From the NCBI GenBank assembly GCA_965219445.1, contig CBDCNQ010000002.1, positions 128,001-192,000 on the forward strand: 64,000 nucleotides of DNA, written 5' to 3'. Below are positions 20,950-30,575 of this stretch, one piece after another. Position 1 is the stretch's first letter. Each line of letters starts with the position of its first letter. Source of the stretch: Longimicrobiales bacterium. GTDB lineage: Bacteria; Gemmatimonadota; Gemmatimonadetes; Longimicrobiales; Gaopeijiaceae. A program made the position numbers and the translations under genes. The notes below the pieces were generated by a model, which ran no database searches, was not told where the DNA came from, and saw nothing but the letters and a program-made list of their open reading frames with translations.

Positions 20950-21412
20950 GCCAACTCAGACCGGAGAGAGGAGGGGCCCCGGGCCCCGGGCCGCCGTCCG
21001 TCAGGGTGGGGCTCGGTTCACGTCCATATTCCTGATCGCCGTCGCGGCGATCGCCGTGCTTGCGTTGGAGATCGTCGGCAACCGCGAGAGCTCCGGTATC
21101 GGCTACACCGTGCTGGCCGCCCCCCCGGAAGAGCTCGTGGGCATGTGGGTTACCGAGGATCCCGGATACTCGGATCGCGCTCTCGTGATCGGCTACGACC
21201 ATATCGAGCTCCACCTCGGGGAGGAGGGCGGGATCCAATCTGATCCGATCCTGTCGATCCGGGCGGTGCAGGGCCCGGACCGCTGGACGTACGAGATCGA
21301 CTACGAGAGCTCGGTAGGTGACAAGACAGTGGTGATCCACCTCCATCCGGATGGCGTGCTCCGGCTCAGAAACCCCGCGGACATGGTGTGGAGGCGGAAG
21401 CCGACCCGTTGA
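20942..21412 (+). CDS. Hypothetical membrane-anchored protein
   Basis: Overlaps HD-GYP stop; single hydrophobic segment followed by beta-rich domain. Confidence 0.6.
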   Translation: MREPTQTGERRGPGPRAAVRQGGARFTSIFLIAVAAIAVLALEIVGNRESSGIGYTVLAAPPEELVGMWVTEDPGYSDRALVIGYDHIELHLGEEGGIQSDPILSIRAVQGPDRWTYEIDYESSVGDKTVVIHLHPDGVLRLRNPADMVWRRKPTR

Positions 21413-21502
21413 CGCTCGGCAAATGGCTAGTAATCCCATCAGATTCCCACCAGATTTCCACCGCACTCACACTACTTCACAAAGCTGAGAGATGGCTTGA
21501 AC

Positions 21503-21574
21503 GGTCTTCAAAACCAGCTCGCCCGGCTAAACCCCGGGTTGGTGGGTTCGATTCCCACACGCTCCCGCCATCGG
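21503..21574 (+). repeat. attR: second copy of the 72-bp selC repeat (partial tRNA)
   Basis: GGTCTTCAAAACCAG...CTCCCGCCATCGG identical to 15067-15138; 5' part of the tRNA absent. Confidence 0.95.
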
Positions 21575-21580
21575 GCCCAT

Positions 21581-22165
21581 GTGCTCATACTTTCCGTCTC
21601 GCTCATGGCCGCTGTTGACGCCGCGGCACTCGAGGGTCAGCAGCCGTTGGCCGACCCTTCCCAGGATTCCGTGGAAGCCGTAGAGGGGCCGGATAGCCCC
21701 GGGCGCGCTTCCCCGGGGGGTGCTTTCGTGAGATCGATGTTGATTCCGGGCTGGGGTCAGGCGGTCTCCGAATCCCCGGGGCGGGGCGCGTTCTACTTTA
21801 CGGTTCAATCCGTCGGTGTCTGGATGATCCTCAAGACTTCGAAGACCTTAGGAAGCGCGAGCGACATCCTCGCCATGCGACGCCTCGAGGCGACGCAGCG
21901 GCTGAGCGCAGACCCGTTGGTCGATCCCGCCGATCTCGCCGCGGCGATCGACGCCGATCCGGGGGTGGTGAGCGCGCTCGAGCTGAAAGGGATCCGGCGC
22001 CAACAGAGAGAGGATTGGCTTTCCTTCGGCGTGTTTTTCCTCCTTCTCGGTGGTGCCGACGCGTTCGTGGCGGCGCACTTGGCGGGTTTCCCCGACCCGC
22101 TGGAAGTCGCCATCCGTCCACTTCCAGACATGGGGCTCGAGGTTGGATTCAGTCTGGTGTTTTAG
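21581..22165 (+). CDS. Hypothetical exported/membrane protein (DUF5683-like)
   Basis: Signal-peptide-like N-terminus, RSMLIPGWGQ, ADAFVAAHL. Confidence 0.65.
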   Translation: MLILSVSLMAAVDAAALEGQQPLADPSQDSVEAVEGPDSPGRASPGGAFVRSMLIPGWGQAVSESPGRGAFYFTVQSVGVWMILKTSKTLGSASDILAMRRLEATQRLSADPLVDPADLAAAIDADPGVVSALELKGIRRQQREDWLSFGVFFLLLGGADAFVAAHLAGFPDPLEVAIRPLPDMGLEVGFSLVF

Positions 22166-22198
22166 GGCGGGCCCACACGAGTAGAGTCTGCCCCGCCG

Positions 22199-22936
22199 TC
22201 ACGTTTTCCAAGTCTGGAGCGAGGGGCTTTCTCCCGCTGTGAGCACCAAGAAGCTACGGTGGTAGATCCAGTCCCCCAGATTTACGTAAAAGCGACCCGA
22301 CCCGGCCTCGTGAAGAAGCGGTATGTGGGAGTGACCCAGGACGATCAGGTCGAGATCCCCCTCGGACGCCAGCTTTTCGACCGCCCACTTGTACAACACC
22401 TTCGAGCGAGCTTCCTCTGCGGTGGAGGGACCCGCGAACCGGGCTCTCGTCCGAGAGATGCGGGAGGCCAGAGCCGCGCCGATATCGGGGTGGAGCCAAC
22501 GGAAGAGCGTCCGCGTACCTCGGCTCCGTAGCCCCGCCTTCAGGATGCGGTACGGGAGGTCGGCCCTACCTAGACCATCTCCATGCGCGATCAAAGTCCG
22601 CCGTCCCGCAAGGTCCCGGACGACCGGATTCGGCTGGAGGGTCAGACCGATATCATCGCTGAGGAACGTGCCGCCCCACCAGTCGTGGTTCCCCCCCATG
22701 AGGGTCACGGGAAGACCCCCATCGACTAGCTCGGCCAGGGCCCCCAGCACTCGTGTGTGTCCGCCTGGAACGACCGAGCCGTATTCGAACCAAAAGTCGA
22801 AAAGATCCCCGTTGAGGACCAATTCGGACGCATGATCGGCTGTATACATCAACCAGCGTACGAACGCTCGCTCGGTTTCGGGAGGTACGGCCCCGAGGTG
22901 TACGTCGCTTGCGAAATGGATGGGCTTCTCAGACAT
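22199..22936 (-). CDS. lpxH: UDP-2,3-diacylglucosamine diphosphatase (LpxH-like)
   Basis: SDVHLG, GDLFDFW, GNHD, AHGD, GHSH, NLGDW. Confidence 0.82.
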   Translation of the reverse strand: MSEKPIHFASDVHLGAVPPETERAFVRWLMYTADHASELVLNGDLFDFWFEYGSVVPGGHTRVLGALAELVDGGLPVTLMGGNHDWWGGTFLSDDIGLTLQPNPVVRDLAGRRTLIAHGDGLGRADLPYRILKAGLRSRGTRTLFRWLHPDIGAALASRISRTRARFAGPSTAEEARSKVLYKWAVEKLASEGDLDLIVLGHSHIPLLHEAGSGRFYVNLGDWIYHRSFLVLTAGESPSLQTWKT

Positions 22937-23075
22937 GGGGATCGGAAACTAAACTGGGTGTATAACCTGGGGAAGACAGCTTCTCGTGGCATGGCAGTGT
23001 GTTTTCACCGCGATGCGTCTGCAGTTTCGGAGGAGGACCAGTCGGCTCAACTGATCGGAGGCGCGCTTTAGCTCC

Positions 23076-23759
23076 ATGAGATTACATGCAGTTCTCCCGG
23101 CCCTGGGTCTCTTTTTCGCGAACACAGCGTGCGGTGGTGGATCGTTGGGGACACCCGCTCCGATTCTGGATACGGACCGAGCCGTTCGCCAGGCACGCCT
23201 CGAGAACCCGTTTCCGAACACATCGCAGGTCATCTTCGAATGGAGCATCAGAGAGCCGGACCTCCGGCTCGAGGGGATGGGGGTCGCGCGCCTCCAGCAC
23301 CCGGATCGTGCCCGTCTCGACCTCTTCATGGAGAACGGCGAGGCCGTTTTGGCGGCCAGCTTGGTGGAAGACCAACTGAGGGCTCGAGAGGGCACACAAC
23401 TACAGGTGGTGCCTTCACCGGCTCTGCTCTGGGCTGGATTGGGCGTGTTCCGGCCGGGCGAGGGTGCCACCCTGCTCGGCGCCGATGACTTCGAAGATGG
23501 TACGGTCCGTCTACGGTACCGCCTCGCCGACGGTGACGAGCTGCACTACGAGCTTCGTTCTGGCCGAGTGACGAGGGCCGAGCTGCGCCACGAGGGAGAT
23601 GCGGTGCACCGTGTCGCTCTCAGCCGAGAGAGCGGAGGGGAGTTGCCTACGGAGGCCATCTACCGCAATCTGGCTTCATTCAGTGAACTCACGGTGACGG
23701 TCGAGACCGTCGAAAGGGTGGATTCTCATCCATCGGATATCTGGAACCCGGTTCCCTAA
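23076..23759 (+). CDS. Hypothetical lipoprotein
   Basis: Lipobox-like ANTAC, PDRARLDLF; adjacent to lptE-like gene. Confidence 0.65.
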   Translation: MRLHAVLPALGLFFANTACGGGSLGTPAPILDTDRAVRQARLENPFPNTSQVIFEWSIREPDLRLEGMGVARLQHPDRARLDLFMENGEAVLAASLVEDQLRAREGTQLQVVPSPALLWAGLGVFRPGEGATLLGADDFEDGTVRLRYRLADGDELHYELRSGRVTRAELRHEGDAVHRVALSRESGGELPTEAIYRNLASFSELTVTVETVERVDSHPSDIWNPVP

Positions 23760-23760
23760 C

Positions 23761-24276
23761 GTGTCGCTCTCGTTCCGAGGAGTTCTGGGCGGCCTTTCCC
23801 TCGTCGCTGTGCTCGCGGCGGGCGGGTGCAACTACGGGTTCCGCTCGGGCAGTTTTCCTGAGCACATCCGAACCGTCGCCATCCTACCCTTCGATAACGA
23901 CACCAACCGTTTCGAACTCACTCAAGAGATCCACCAAGAACTGTTGAGTGCGCTGCCACGTGCCTTAGGGGTCACCAACGCGGGGGAGGACGTAGCCGAT
24001 GCGGTGGTCCAGGGACGGATTCTACGGTACGACATGACCGCTCCTCTCTTTCGGCCGGGCCAACAATCCGGCCAAGTGGATGTGCTCCAGCGCCAGGTGA
24101 ACATCCGGGTCGAGGTGGAGCTGATCGACCTCGTCGCGAACTTGATCCTGTGGGATGAGGTGGGCCTGAGTACCCAGGGCCAGTATCTCGAAGGGGAGTC
24201 CGAGGAAATCGGACGCGCAGAGGCTATCGAGCTTCTCGTACAGCGCATCGTGGATGGGGCGCAGTCGAACTGGTAG
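23761..24276 (+). CDS. lptE: LptE-like lipoprotein
   Basis: AGGC lipobox followed by NYGF, IRTVAILPFDN, ends QSNW. Confidence 0.7.
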   Translation: MSLSFRGVLGGLSLVAVLAAGGCNYGFRSGSFPEHIRTVAILPFDNDTNRFELTQEIHQELLSALPRALGVTNAGEDVADAVVQGRILRYDMTAPLFRPGQQSGQVDVLQRQVNIRVEVELIDLVANLILWDEVGLSTQGQYLEGESEEIGRAEAIELLVQRIVDGAQSNW

Positions 24277-24330
24277 GTTGGCCCCCGGGAAAATTGCCTG
24301 GGCGACCGAGGTCTGCGCGTCGGGCGGTCC

Positions 24331-25377
24331 CTAGGGCGTGCCCCGCACGCCAAGCACCGTGGTGACCCCAAACGCCTCGAGGGTCATCCACAAGCCGAAC
24401 CCCACGTAGAGTATCATCATCGCGTGCGACTCTTGGACCGACAGCTCCAGGTCCCGGAGCATGAAGACGAGCATCACGACCGTGGCAATGACGAGGAACG
24501 TCATCATGGGCACGATCTGCGTAAAGTTGACCGCGATCGTGCCGGTAACCATGACGGCCAGCGGAACGGCCACGAGCAGGTCGAAGACGTTGCTGCCCAA
24601 CACGTTGGAGACGCTGGACTGGGTACGACCCATCATCGAGGCTCGCATGCTGACGAAGGTATCCGGCACCGACGTCGCGGCGGCGACGATGGTCATCCCC
24701 CACAGGAAGGTGGGCGTCTGGAGCATGTCTCCGAGAGTGATCGCCACTCGAAGCAGCGCCTCCACACCGATGAGAATGAGCAGGATGCAGCCGACAAGAA
24801 TCCCCCACTCCTTCAGCGCCTGGATCCCGGCCTTGCGAGGGTGGTTCAGCCTCTGCCGCTTCACCTCTTCGAACTGGATGAAGAGATAGAGCCCGTAGAG
24901 CAACAGCGGGAACATGGCGAGGGTGCGCGTGAACGACCCCGTGTACATTTCGCGGCCGCCCGGCGCGATTGTCGTCGGTGCGCCGCCATAGATCACGGAA
25001 AGGCTCAGGATCAACATGAGCACCGCCACGGACAGGAGATAGAACTGCGCCTCTCGGTACACCAGGTTCCGTTTCGCTTTCAGCGGCCGCCCGCGAGCGT
25101 ACACGGAGAACGCGGGAATGACGAGTATGTTGTAGATGGCCGAGCCGATGATGGCCGATAGCCCTAACTCGAAATCCCCGTGCACCGGGAAGGCGAGCAT
25201 CGCCACCACGAGTTCTGGCATGCTCGACGCGATGGCCAGAATTACCGAGCCCTTCACTGCATCCGGAATACCGTAGTGCTGGGCGAGTCTATGTGTAGAT
25301 TCTTCGAGCCGGGAGCAAGCTACCCACAAGAGGGCGGACCCGAAAAAGGTGCCACCAACGACGAAAGCGACCGTCAT
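24331..25377 (-). CDS. Sodium:calcium antiporter (CaCA)
   Basis: Alpha repeats ASSMPE...GSAIYN and ATSVPD...GSNVFD. Confidence 0.88.
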   Translation of the reverse strand: MTVAFVVGGTFFGSALLWVACSRLEESTHRLAQHYGIPDAVKGSVILAIASSMPELVVAMLAFPVHGDFELGLSAIIGSAIYNILVIPAFSVYARGRPLKAKRNLVYREAQFYLLSVAVLMLILSLSVIYGGAPTTIAPGGREMYTGSFTRTLAMFPLLLYGLYLFIQFEEVKRQRLNHPRKAGIQALKEWGILVGCILLILIGVEALLRVAITLGDMLQTPTFLWGMTIVAAATSVPDTFVSMRASMMGRTQSSVSNVLGSNVFDLLVAVPLAVMVTGTIAVNFTQIVPMMTFLVIATVVMLVFMLRDLELSVQESHAMMILYVGFGLWMTLEAFGVTTVLGVRGTP

Positions 25378-25440
25378 AGCGCGAAGCTGTCCGAGCCCAA
25401 GAGGGAAGGCAAGTGGGTCAAGGAAACCCTCACGAACCCC

Positions 25441-26775
25441 CTAGGCCAACGGAGTCTCGAACCAGCCCCAAAACACCACCATGATCACAGTCGCGACGAC
25501 CAGGGTCACGAGCATCACCGGCGTGCCCTTTTTGAACCACAGGCCCGGTGTGATCGCCAAGCTCGGATCGTTTTCCTCGCGCGCCAAGCGCTCGGAGATC
25601 GTGACGATGAACACGTTGGCCGTCGAACCGATGTGTGTGCCATTCCCGCCGAGTCCTACGCCCATCGCGAGCCCCCACCATATCGGCGTCACGTTGATCC
25701 CCTGTGTCTCCATACCTAGGATGATCGGGATCATCGCCGCGGTGAACGGAATGTTGTCGATCGCCGCCGACAGGAAGGCGGCGACCCACATCAACACAAT
25801 CGTCGCCACCAGGAGATCATTTTGGGCGAAAGGCAAGATGAACTGACCCACGTAGACGAGGAACTCACTGTGCTCCACGCCGCCGACCACCATGAAGAGG
25901 CCGATGAAGAAGATCAGTAGCGGGACCTCGAGATGCTCCACCGCGTGATCCATCAGCAGGTCCCGGGACGCGAACACCAACGCGGTCATGCCGAGCGCTG
26001 CAACGAACCATGGCTCCCATCCCAAGCGCCCATGAAGAATGAAGAGGACGACCATGGCGCAGAGAACGATTACAGAGGCTTTCCAGAGCCTCGGGTCCTT
26101 GATCTCCCCCTCTTCATGGAAGGTGTCGGCCGGCTCTACGGCGAGCTCTTTCCGGAAGAGGAACTTGAGAAACAGGAGGGCCACGAGCCAAACCGCGGCA
26201 ACCGGTGGCCCCATGCGGATCGCGAAGTCGTTGAATGAAATGTCCGCGGCCGAGCCGATCATGAGGTTCGGAGGATCGCCCACGAGCGTGCCGATGCCAC
26301 CCGTATCGGAAAGCAGTGCGGCCCCCAGGAGGTAAGGAATCGGATTGATCTTCTGCGCCTTCGCGATCAGGATGATCAGCGGCCCGAAGATGACGACGGT
26401 CGTCACATTGTCGAGCAACAGCGAAAGTACAGTGACACAGGTGCCGAGAAGCACCAGCATCAGGTAGAGCCGACCTTTGCTGAACGCAGCCAGTTTGAAC
26501 GCCAGCCAAGCGAAACCCCCGGTCGGGATCATGATGGAGACGATCGTCATCATCGCCGCGAGCAGGAAGATCACGTTCCAGTCCACCGCCTCGACCGCTT
26601 CCACCGGGTCGTAGAAGCCGTAGATCTGGCCCACAATCACCATCACGATCGAGCCCGCTGCCGCGACCTTCGATCGCTCCATTCCATGCAGTTGCTCAGT
26701 GAAGATGCCGATGAACGTCACCGCCAGAACGATCCCCGAGGCGATCATCGCTTCCGTCAGTACTAGCTGCTCCAT
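25441..26775 (-). CDS. ArsB/NhaD/SLC13 family permease
   Basis: LDNVTT, GDPPNLMI, IDNIPF, LGGNGTHIGSTANV. Confidence 0.88.
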   Translation of the reverse strand: MEQLVLTEAMIASGIVLAVTFIGIFTEQLHGMERSKVAAAGSIVMVIVGQIYGFYDPVEAVEAVDWNVIFLLAAMMTIVSIMIPTGGFAWLAFKLAAFSKGRLYLMLVLLGTCVTVLSLLLDNVTTVVIFGPLIILIAKAQKINPIPYLLGAALLSDTGGIGTLVGDPPNLMIGSAADISFNDFAIRMGPPVAAVWLVALLFLKFLFRKELAVEPADTFHEEGEIKDPRLWKASVIVLCAMVVLFILHGRLGWEPWFVAALGMTALVFASRDLLMDHAVEHLEVPLLIFFIGLFMVVGGVEHSEFLVYVGQFILPFAQNDLLVATIVLMWVAAFLSAAIDNIPFTAAMIPIILGMETQGINVTPIWWGLAMGVGLGGNGTHIGSTANVFIVTISERLAREENDPSLAITPGLWFKKGTPVMLVTLVVATVIMVVFWGWFETPLA

Positions 26776-26877
26776 TCCTGTGGTCTCCGGAGGTTGAGTC
26801 GATAGGCGCGTAAAGGCTCAGGTGGCGACGCGGTTCATGATCTGCACGCTGATCGCCACCCGAGGAATTAGGACCCG

Positions 26878-27258
26878 CTAAACTTGAATCGGCGTCTCGA
26901 AGCCTTCCGGCTTGAGGGTCAAGACAGAGCAGTCTACGCTGTTCAGAATCGCTTCGGCGGTATTTCCGATAAGAAGTCCGGGAACTCCGGCCCGTCCGAC
27001 CGTGCCGATGACCACCCGGTCCACTTCGAGCCTCTCCGCGAGGTCGGGAATGACCTCTTTGGCCTCACCCTTTATCAGGTGAACGGTTCTCTTGTCGTGC
27101 GGGTGGGGACCCAGAAGGCGATCCAACTCGGATTGGTGGGCGGCCCCGATACTGAGGTTCGCGCTATTGGCGCTGGCGAGCCCAGCTGCACGCGCTAACA
27201 CTGACTTCTCGCCCTCACTGCCGTCCGCCACAAAAAGGATACTCTTGAACCGTCGCAC
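26878..27258 (-). CDS. Universal stress protein (UspE-like, probably internally deleted)
   Basis: MRRFKSILFV N-terminus and GTVGRAGVPGLLIGNTAEAILNSVDCSVLTLKPEGF C-terminus in only 126 aa. Confidence 0.7.
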   Translation of the reverse strand: MRRFKSILFVADGSEGEKSVLARAAGLASANSANLSIGAAHQSELDRLLGPHPHDKRTVHLIKGEAKEVIPDLAERLEVDRVVIGTVGRAGVPGLLIGNTAEAILNSVDCSVLTLKPEGFETPIQV

Positions 27259-27457
27259 TTGGCTATCCGCCTTTACATCTAGAATGTGGACCCAGAAAGA
27301 TGTTACGCCTCATCCACGAGCTCAGGTATATATCGGGGCGAACGCGCGTGCGTCAAGCTGGTGGGGAGTTGTCCGACAGGGAGCGTGATCCTGTGGGTAG
27401 CGGTACTTTTGGCTGCGTATCTCGTTTTCTACTTCTGGACCGTGGACCTGAGGGGTG

Positions 27458-28381
27458 ATGACCGTTCTAAGGTTGGGAACCCGGGGCTCGCTCCTCGCTC
27501 TGACCCAGAGCAAGTGGGTTGCGGCCGCGCTCGAGACGAACGGCGGGCCCAAGGTCGAGGTCGAGGTCATCCGGACGGTGGGCGACCAACGCCTCGACAA
27601 GCCTTTGCACGAGATCAGTGGTAAGGGCCTCTTTACCCGGGAGCTCGACGAGGCGCTTCTGAGTCAACGGGTCCAGCTGGCCGTCCACTCGCTGAAGGAC
27701 CTCCCCACGGTGCTGCATGAGGGCCTTTGCATCGCCGCCACGCCGGGTCGGATCGATCCTCGGGATGTTCTCGTGGGGCCAGAGGCAGACCAGACGACTC
27801 TGGCTTCGCTGAAAAAGGACGCCGTTGTGGGTACCAGTTCACTTCGACGGATTGCTTTGCTGCAAGCCTTCCGGCGGGATGTGACGCCCCGGACCATCCG
27901 TGGCAACGTCGATACGCGACTGCGCAAGCTCGATGAGGGACAATTCGACGCGATCATCCTGGCGGCGGCCGGGCTCACCCGCCTTGGGCTCGCACGGCGG
28001 GCGACTGAGTGGCTGGAGCAGACGGCGTGGCTGCCGGCGCCCGGGCAGGGCGCCCTCGCCATCGTGACCCGGACCGACGACGCCGAGGCCAGACGGATGG
28101 TCGGGACCCTGCACGATCCGGAGTGCTTCGCGGCGGTATCGGCCGAACGCACGTTCCTCGGGGCCCTGGGTGGAGGGTGCCAGGTGCCGATCGGAGCGCT
28201 GGGTGTTCCATACGACGAGAAGCTGCGCTTGTGGGGACTCGTGGCCAGTTCCGACGGGAGGCGTGTGGTCCGGGGCGACCTTACAGGAAGCATGGCCGAT
28301 CCCGAAGCGCTCGGCCATGCACTTGCGGACCTGCTTCGCGATCGTGGAGCCGAAGCGATCCTGGCGGAGTTGACCGAATGA
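27458..28381 (+). CDS. hemC: Hydroxymethylbilane synthase
   Basis: [46 protein letters not shown]. Confidence 0.96.
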   Translation: MTVLRLGTRGSLLALTQSKWVAAALETNGGPKVEVEVIRTVGDQRLDKPLHEISGKGLFTRELDEALLSQRVQLAVHSLKDLPTVLHEGLCIAATPGRIDPRDVLVGPEADQTTLASLKKDAVVGTSSLRRIALLQAFRRDVTPRTIRGNVDTRLRKLDEGQFDAIILAAAGLTRLGLARRATEWLEQTAWLPAPGQGALAIVTRTDDAEARRMVGTLHDPECFAAVSAERTFLGALGGGCQVPIGALGVPYDEKLRLWGLVASSDGRRVVRGDLTGSMADPEALGHALADLLRDRGAEAILAELTE

Positions 28382-28839
28382 GGGTCTTGTCGAGAGAGGC
28401 ACTCCTGGCCCATTTCGGGCGACCTCGTGACGTGACCTTGGTGTTCACCAACGGCTGCTTCGACCTTCTTCACCCCGGCCACGTCGAGTACCTGGCGCAG
28501 GCAAGGGCGCTCGGGGATCTGCTCGTGGTCGGCTTGAACTCGGATGACTCGGTGCGACGGCTGAAGGGCGCCGGGCGGCCATTGGTGGCGGGGGTGGATC
28601 GCGCTGCTGTGCTTGCCGGCTTGACGAGCGTGGACGCCGTCACCTTGTTCGATGAAGACACGCCGCTGGAACTGATCAGTGCGTTGCTCCCCGATGTGCT
28701 CGTCAAGGGAGGCAATCACGATCCGGACGGCATCGTCGGCCGGGAAGTGGTCGAAGAGGCCGAGGGCGACGTCCGCGTGCTCCCCTTCGTGGAGGGTTAC
28801 TCGACTACCGACATCCTGAATCGCCTGAAGGAGATGTAA
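28378..28839 (+). CDS. rfaE2: Heptose-1-phosphate adenylyltransferase (HldE transferase half, RfaE2)
   Basis: ATGA overlap; [38 protein letters not shown]. Confidence 0.93.
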   Translation: MRVLSREALLAHFGRPRDVTLVFTNGCFDLLHPGHVEYLAQARALGDLLVVGLNSDDSVRRLKGAGRPLVAGVDRAAVLAGLTSVDAVTLFDEDTPLELISALLPDVLVKGGNHDPDGIVGREVVEEAEGDVRVLPFVEGYSTTDILNRLKEM

Positions 28840-28855
28840 TGAGGGGGACCGGACC

Positions 28856-29572
28856 ATGAGCCGAGCTGACGGACGTTTGGCAGGGCAGCTCAGAGCCCTC
28901 ACCCTCGCCCTGGACTCGGCCCCCTACGTCGAGGGTTCCTGCCTCATCAGTGCCGGGCAGACGCGTGTTTTGTGCGCCGCATCTGTGCAACAGGGCGTTC
29001 CCGAATGGCGGGAGATGAGTGGTGCCGGCTGGGTGACGGCAGAATATGGAATGCTGCCCCGTGCCACCCACACTCGCGCGGGCCGAGAGCGGGGTCGGAT
29101 CGGCGGGCGTACGCAGGAGATCCAAAGGCTGATCGGTCGATCGCTTCGGTCGGTAGTCGATCTGGAGGCGCTGGGCCCCCGGACCGTCATTGTCGACTGC
29201 GACGTTCTCCAGGCGGACGGAGGCACGCGGACGGCTTCCGTCACGGGCGCCTCTGCTGCCTTGTGGAGTGCGTTCGACGGCCTGGTGAAGGAGGGCATGA
29301 TCGAGCGGAACCCGATGCGGGAGATGGTGGCCGCGGTGAGCGTCGGAATTGTGGACGGCGAGCCCGTTCTCGACCTCGACTATCCGGAGGACTCCGCGGC
29401 ACAGGTCGACATGAACGTAGTGGCGACCGAGGCTGGGTACTTCATCGAAGTGCAGGGCACGGCCGAGGGGCATCCCTTCAAGCGGGACGAACTGGACGAG
29501 CTTCTCGAGCTCGCCACCGAGGGTATCGGCACCTTGGTCAGAGCTCAGAAGGCTGCACTCGGGATGTCTTGA
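28856..29572 (+). CDS. rph: Ribonuclease PH
   Basis: [46 protein letters not shown]. Confidence 0.96.
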   Translation: MSRADGRLAGQLRALTLALDSAPYVEGSCLISAGQTRVLCAASVQQGVPEWREMSGAGWVTAEYGMLPRATHTRAGRERGRIGGRTQEIQRLIGRSLRSVVDLEALGPRTVIVDCDVLQADGGTRTASVTGASAALWSAFDGLVKEGMIERNPMREMVAAVSVGIVDGEPVLDLDYPEDSAAQVDMNVVATEAGYFIEVQGTAEGHPFKRDELDELLELATEGIGTLVRAQKAALGMS

Positions 29573-30186
29573 TGGATCTCGTGGTGGCGACGAGGAGGAT
29601 GCACAAAATTCAGGAGATCCGAAAAATCCTCGCGGCGGTCCCAAACCTTCGGGTGCTGGACCTGAATGAGGCCGGCGTGCCGTACGACGCCGCCGAGGAG
29701 GATCTGGAGCCCTACGATACGTTCGAGGAAAACGCCGCCTCCAAGGCCTCCTACTTTCAGAAGATCACCGGGTTGCCCACGGTAGCTGACGATTCCGGAA
29801 TCGAGATAGACCTACTCGACGGTGCTCCCGGGGTCCGGTCCAAGCGATTCGCTCCGGACCGGGGCCTCTCGGGCGTCGCTCTGGATCAGGCCAACAACGA
29901 GTATCTTCTCACGTCGCTGGGAGACGTCCCCCTCGCCGAGCGGACCGGGCGTTATGTCTGCGTAGCGGTGCTGAACCGGGGGGATCCGGACGACGTGACT
30001 GTCGTGCGAGGGGAGGCTTCCGGCCGGATCTTGAATGCTCCCCAGGGTTCCGGGGGCTTTGGATACGACCCCCTTTTTTTCGATGAGCGGCTGGGGAAGA
30101 CGTTCGCCGAAATCGCTCCGGAAGAGAAGAACGCCCGGAGTCACCGCGGGAAGGCGTTCCGGACCTTGGCGGAGCGGCTGGGTTGA
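29572..30186 (+). CDS. rdgB: Non-canonical purine NTP pyrophosphatase RdgB/HAM1
   Basis: TFEENA, ADDSG, GAPGVRS, GFGYDPLF, SHRGKA; follows rph. Confidence 0.93.
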   Translation: MDLVVATRRMHKIQEIRKILAAVPNLRVLDLNEAGVPYDAAEEDLEPYDTFEENAASKASYFQKITGLPTVADDSGIEIDLLDGAPGVRSKRFAPDRGLSGVALDQANNEYLLTSLGDVPLAERTGRYVCVAVLNRGDPDDVTVVRGEASGRILNAPQGSGGFGYDPLFFDERLGKTFAEIAPEEKNARSHRGKAFRTLAERLG

Positions 30187-30536
30187 TGGCGACTCCCGCC
30201 ACGACCCCGCGTGACATCAACCCCACGGAAGATGGCACTGCGCTCCGAATCGTGTGGGAGGACGGACACGAGTCGGTCTACCTGCCGTTCGATCTCCGGA
30301 TGTCGTGTCCGTGCGCTGGCTGTGTGGATGAGGTTTCGGGCCGGCGCACGCTCACCGAGGCGATGGTGCCTCCGGGCGTGTATCCCACGGCCATCGAGTA
30401 CGTAGGGCGGTACGCGCTTAGGTTCGTGTGGAGTGATGGGCACGACACGGGGCTGTATTCCTACGACCTTTTGAGAGGGCTTTGCGCTTGTGAGGAATGC
30501 GTGAGCACATCCGGACCGTCGCAGTCCTTAGATTGA
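30186..30536 (+). CDS. DUF971 / GBBH N-terminal-like protein
   Basis: WEDGHES, LRMSCPCAGC, VGRYAL, WSDGHDTGLY. Confidence 0.85.
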   Translation: MATPATTPRDINPTEDGTALRIVWEDGHESVYLPFDLRMSCPCAGCVDEVSGRRTLTEAMVPPGVYPTAIEYVGRYALRFVWSDGHDTGLYSYDLLRGLCACEECVSTSGPSQSLD

Positions 30537-30575
30537 GGAGAGCGAAGGGAGGTTGAGCCGACCACACCAAGGGTC

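Larger units (their letters stand above)
15067..21574. mobile_element. selC-integrated genomic islet without integrase (pilin-like genes + HD-GYP)
   Basis: Bounded by 72-bp direct repeats of the selC 3' portion beginning at the anticodon stem. Confidence 0.85.

Noticed and set aside
21503..21574. Second tRNA-Sec gene
   Set aside because: Lacks the 5' acceptor strand and D arm; it is the attR duplication
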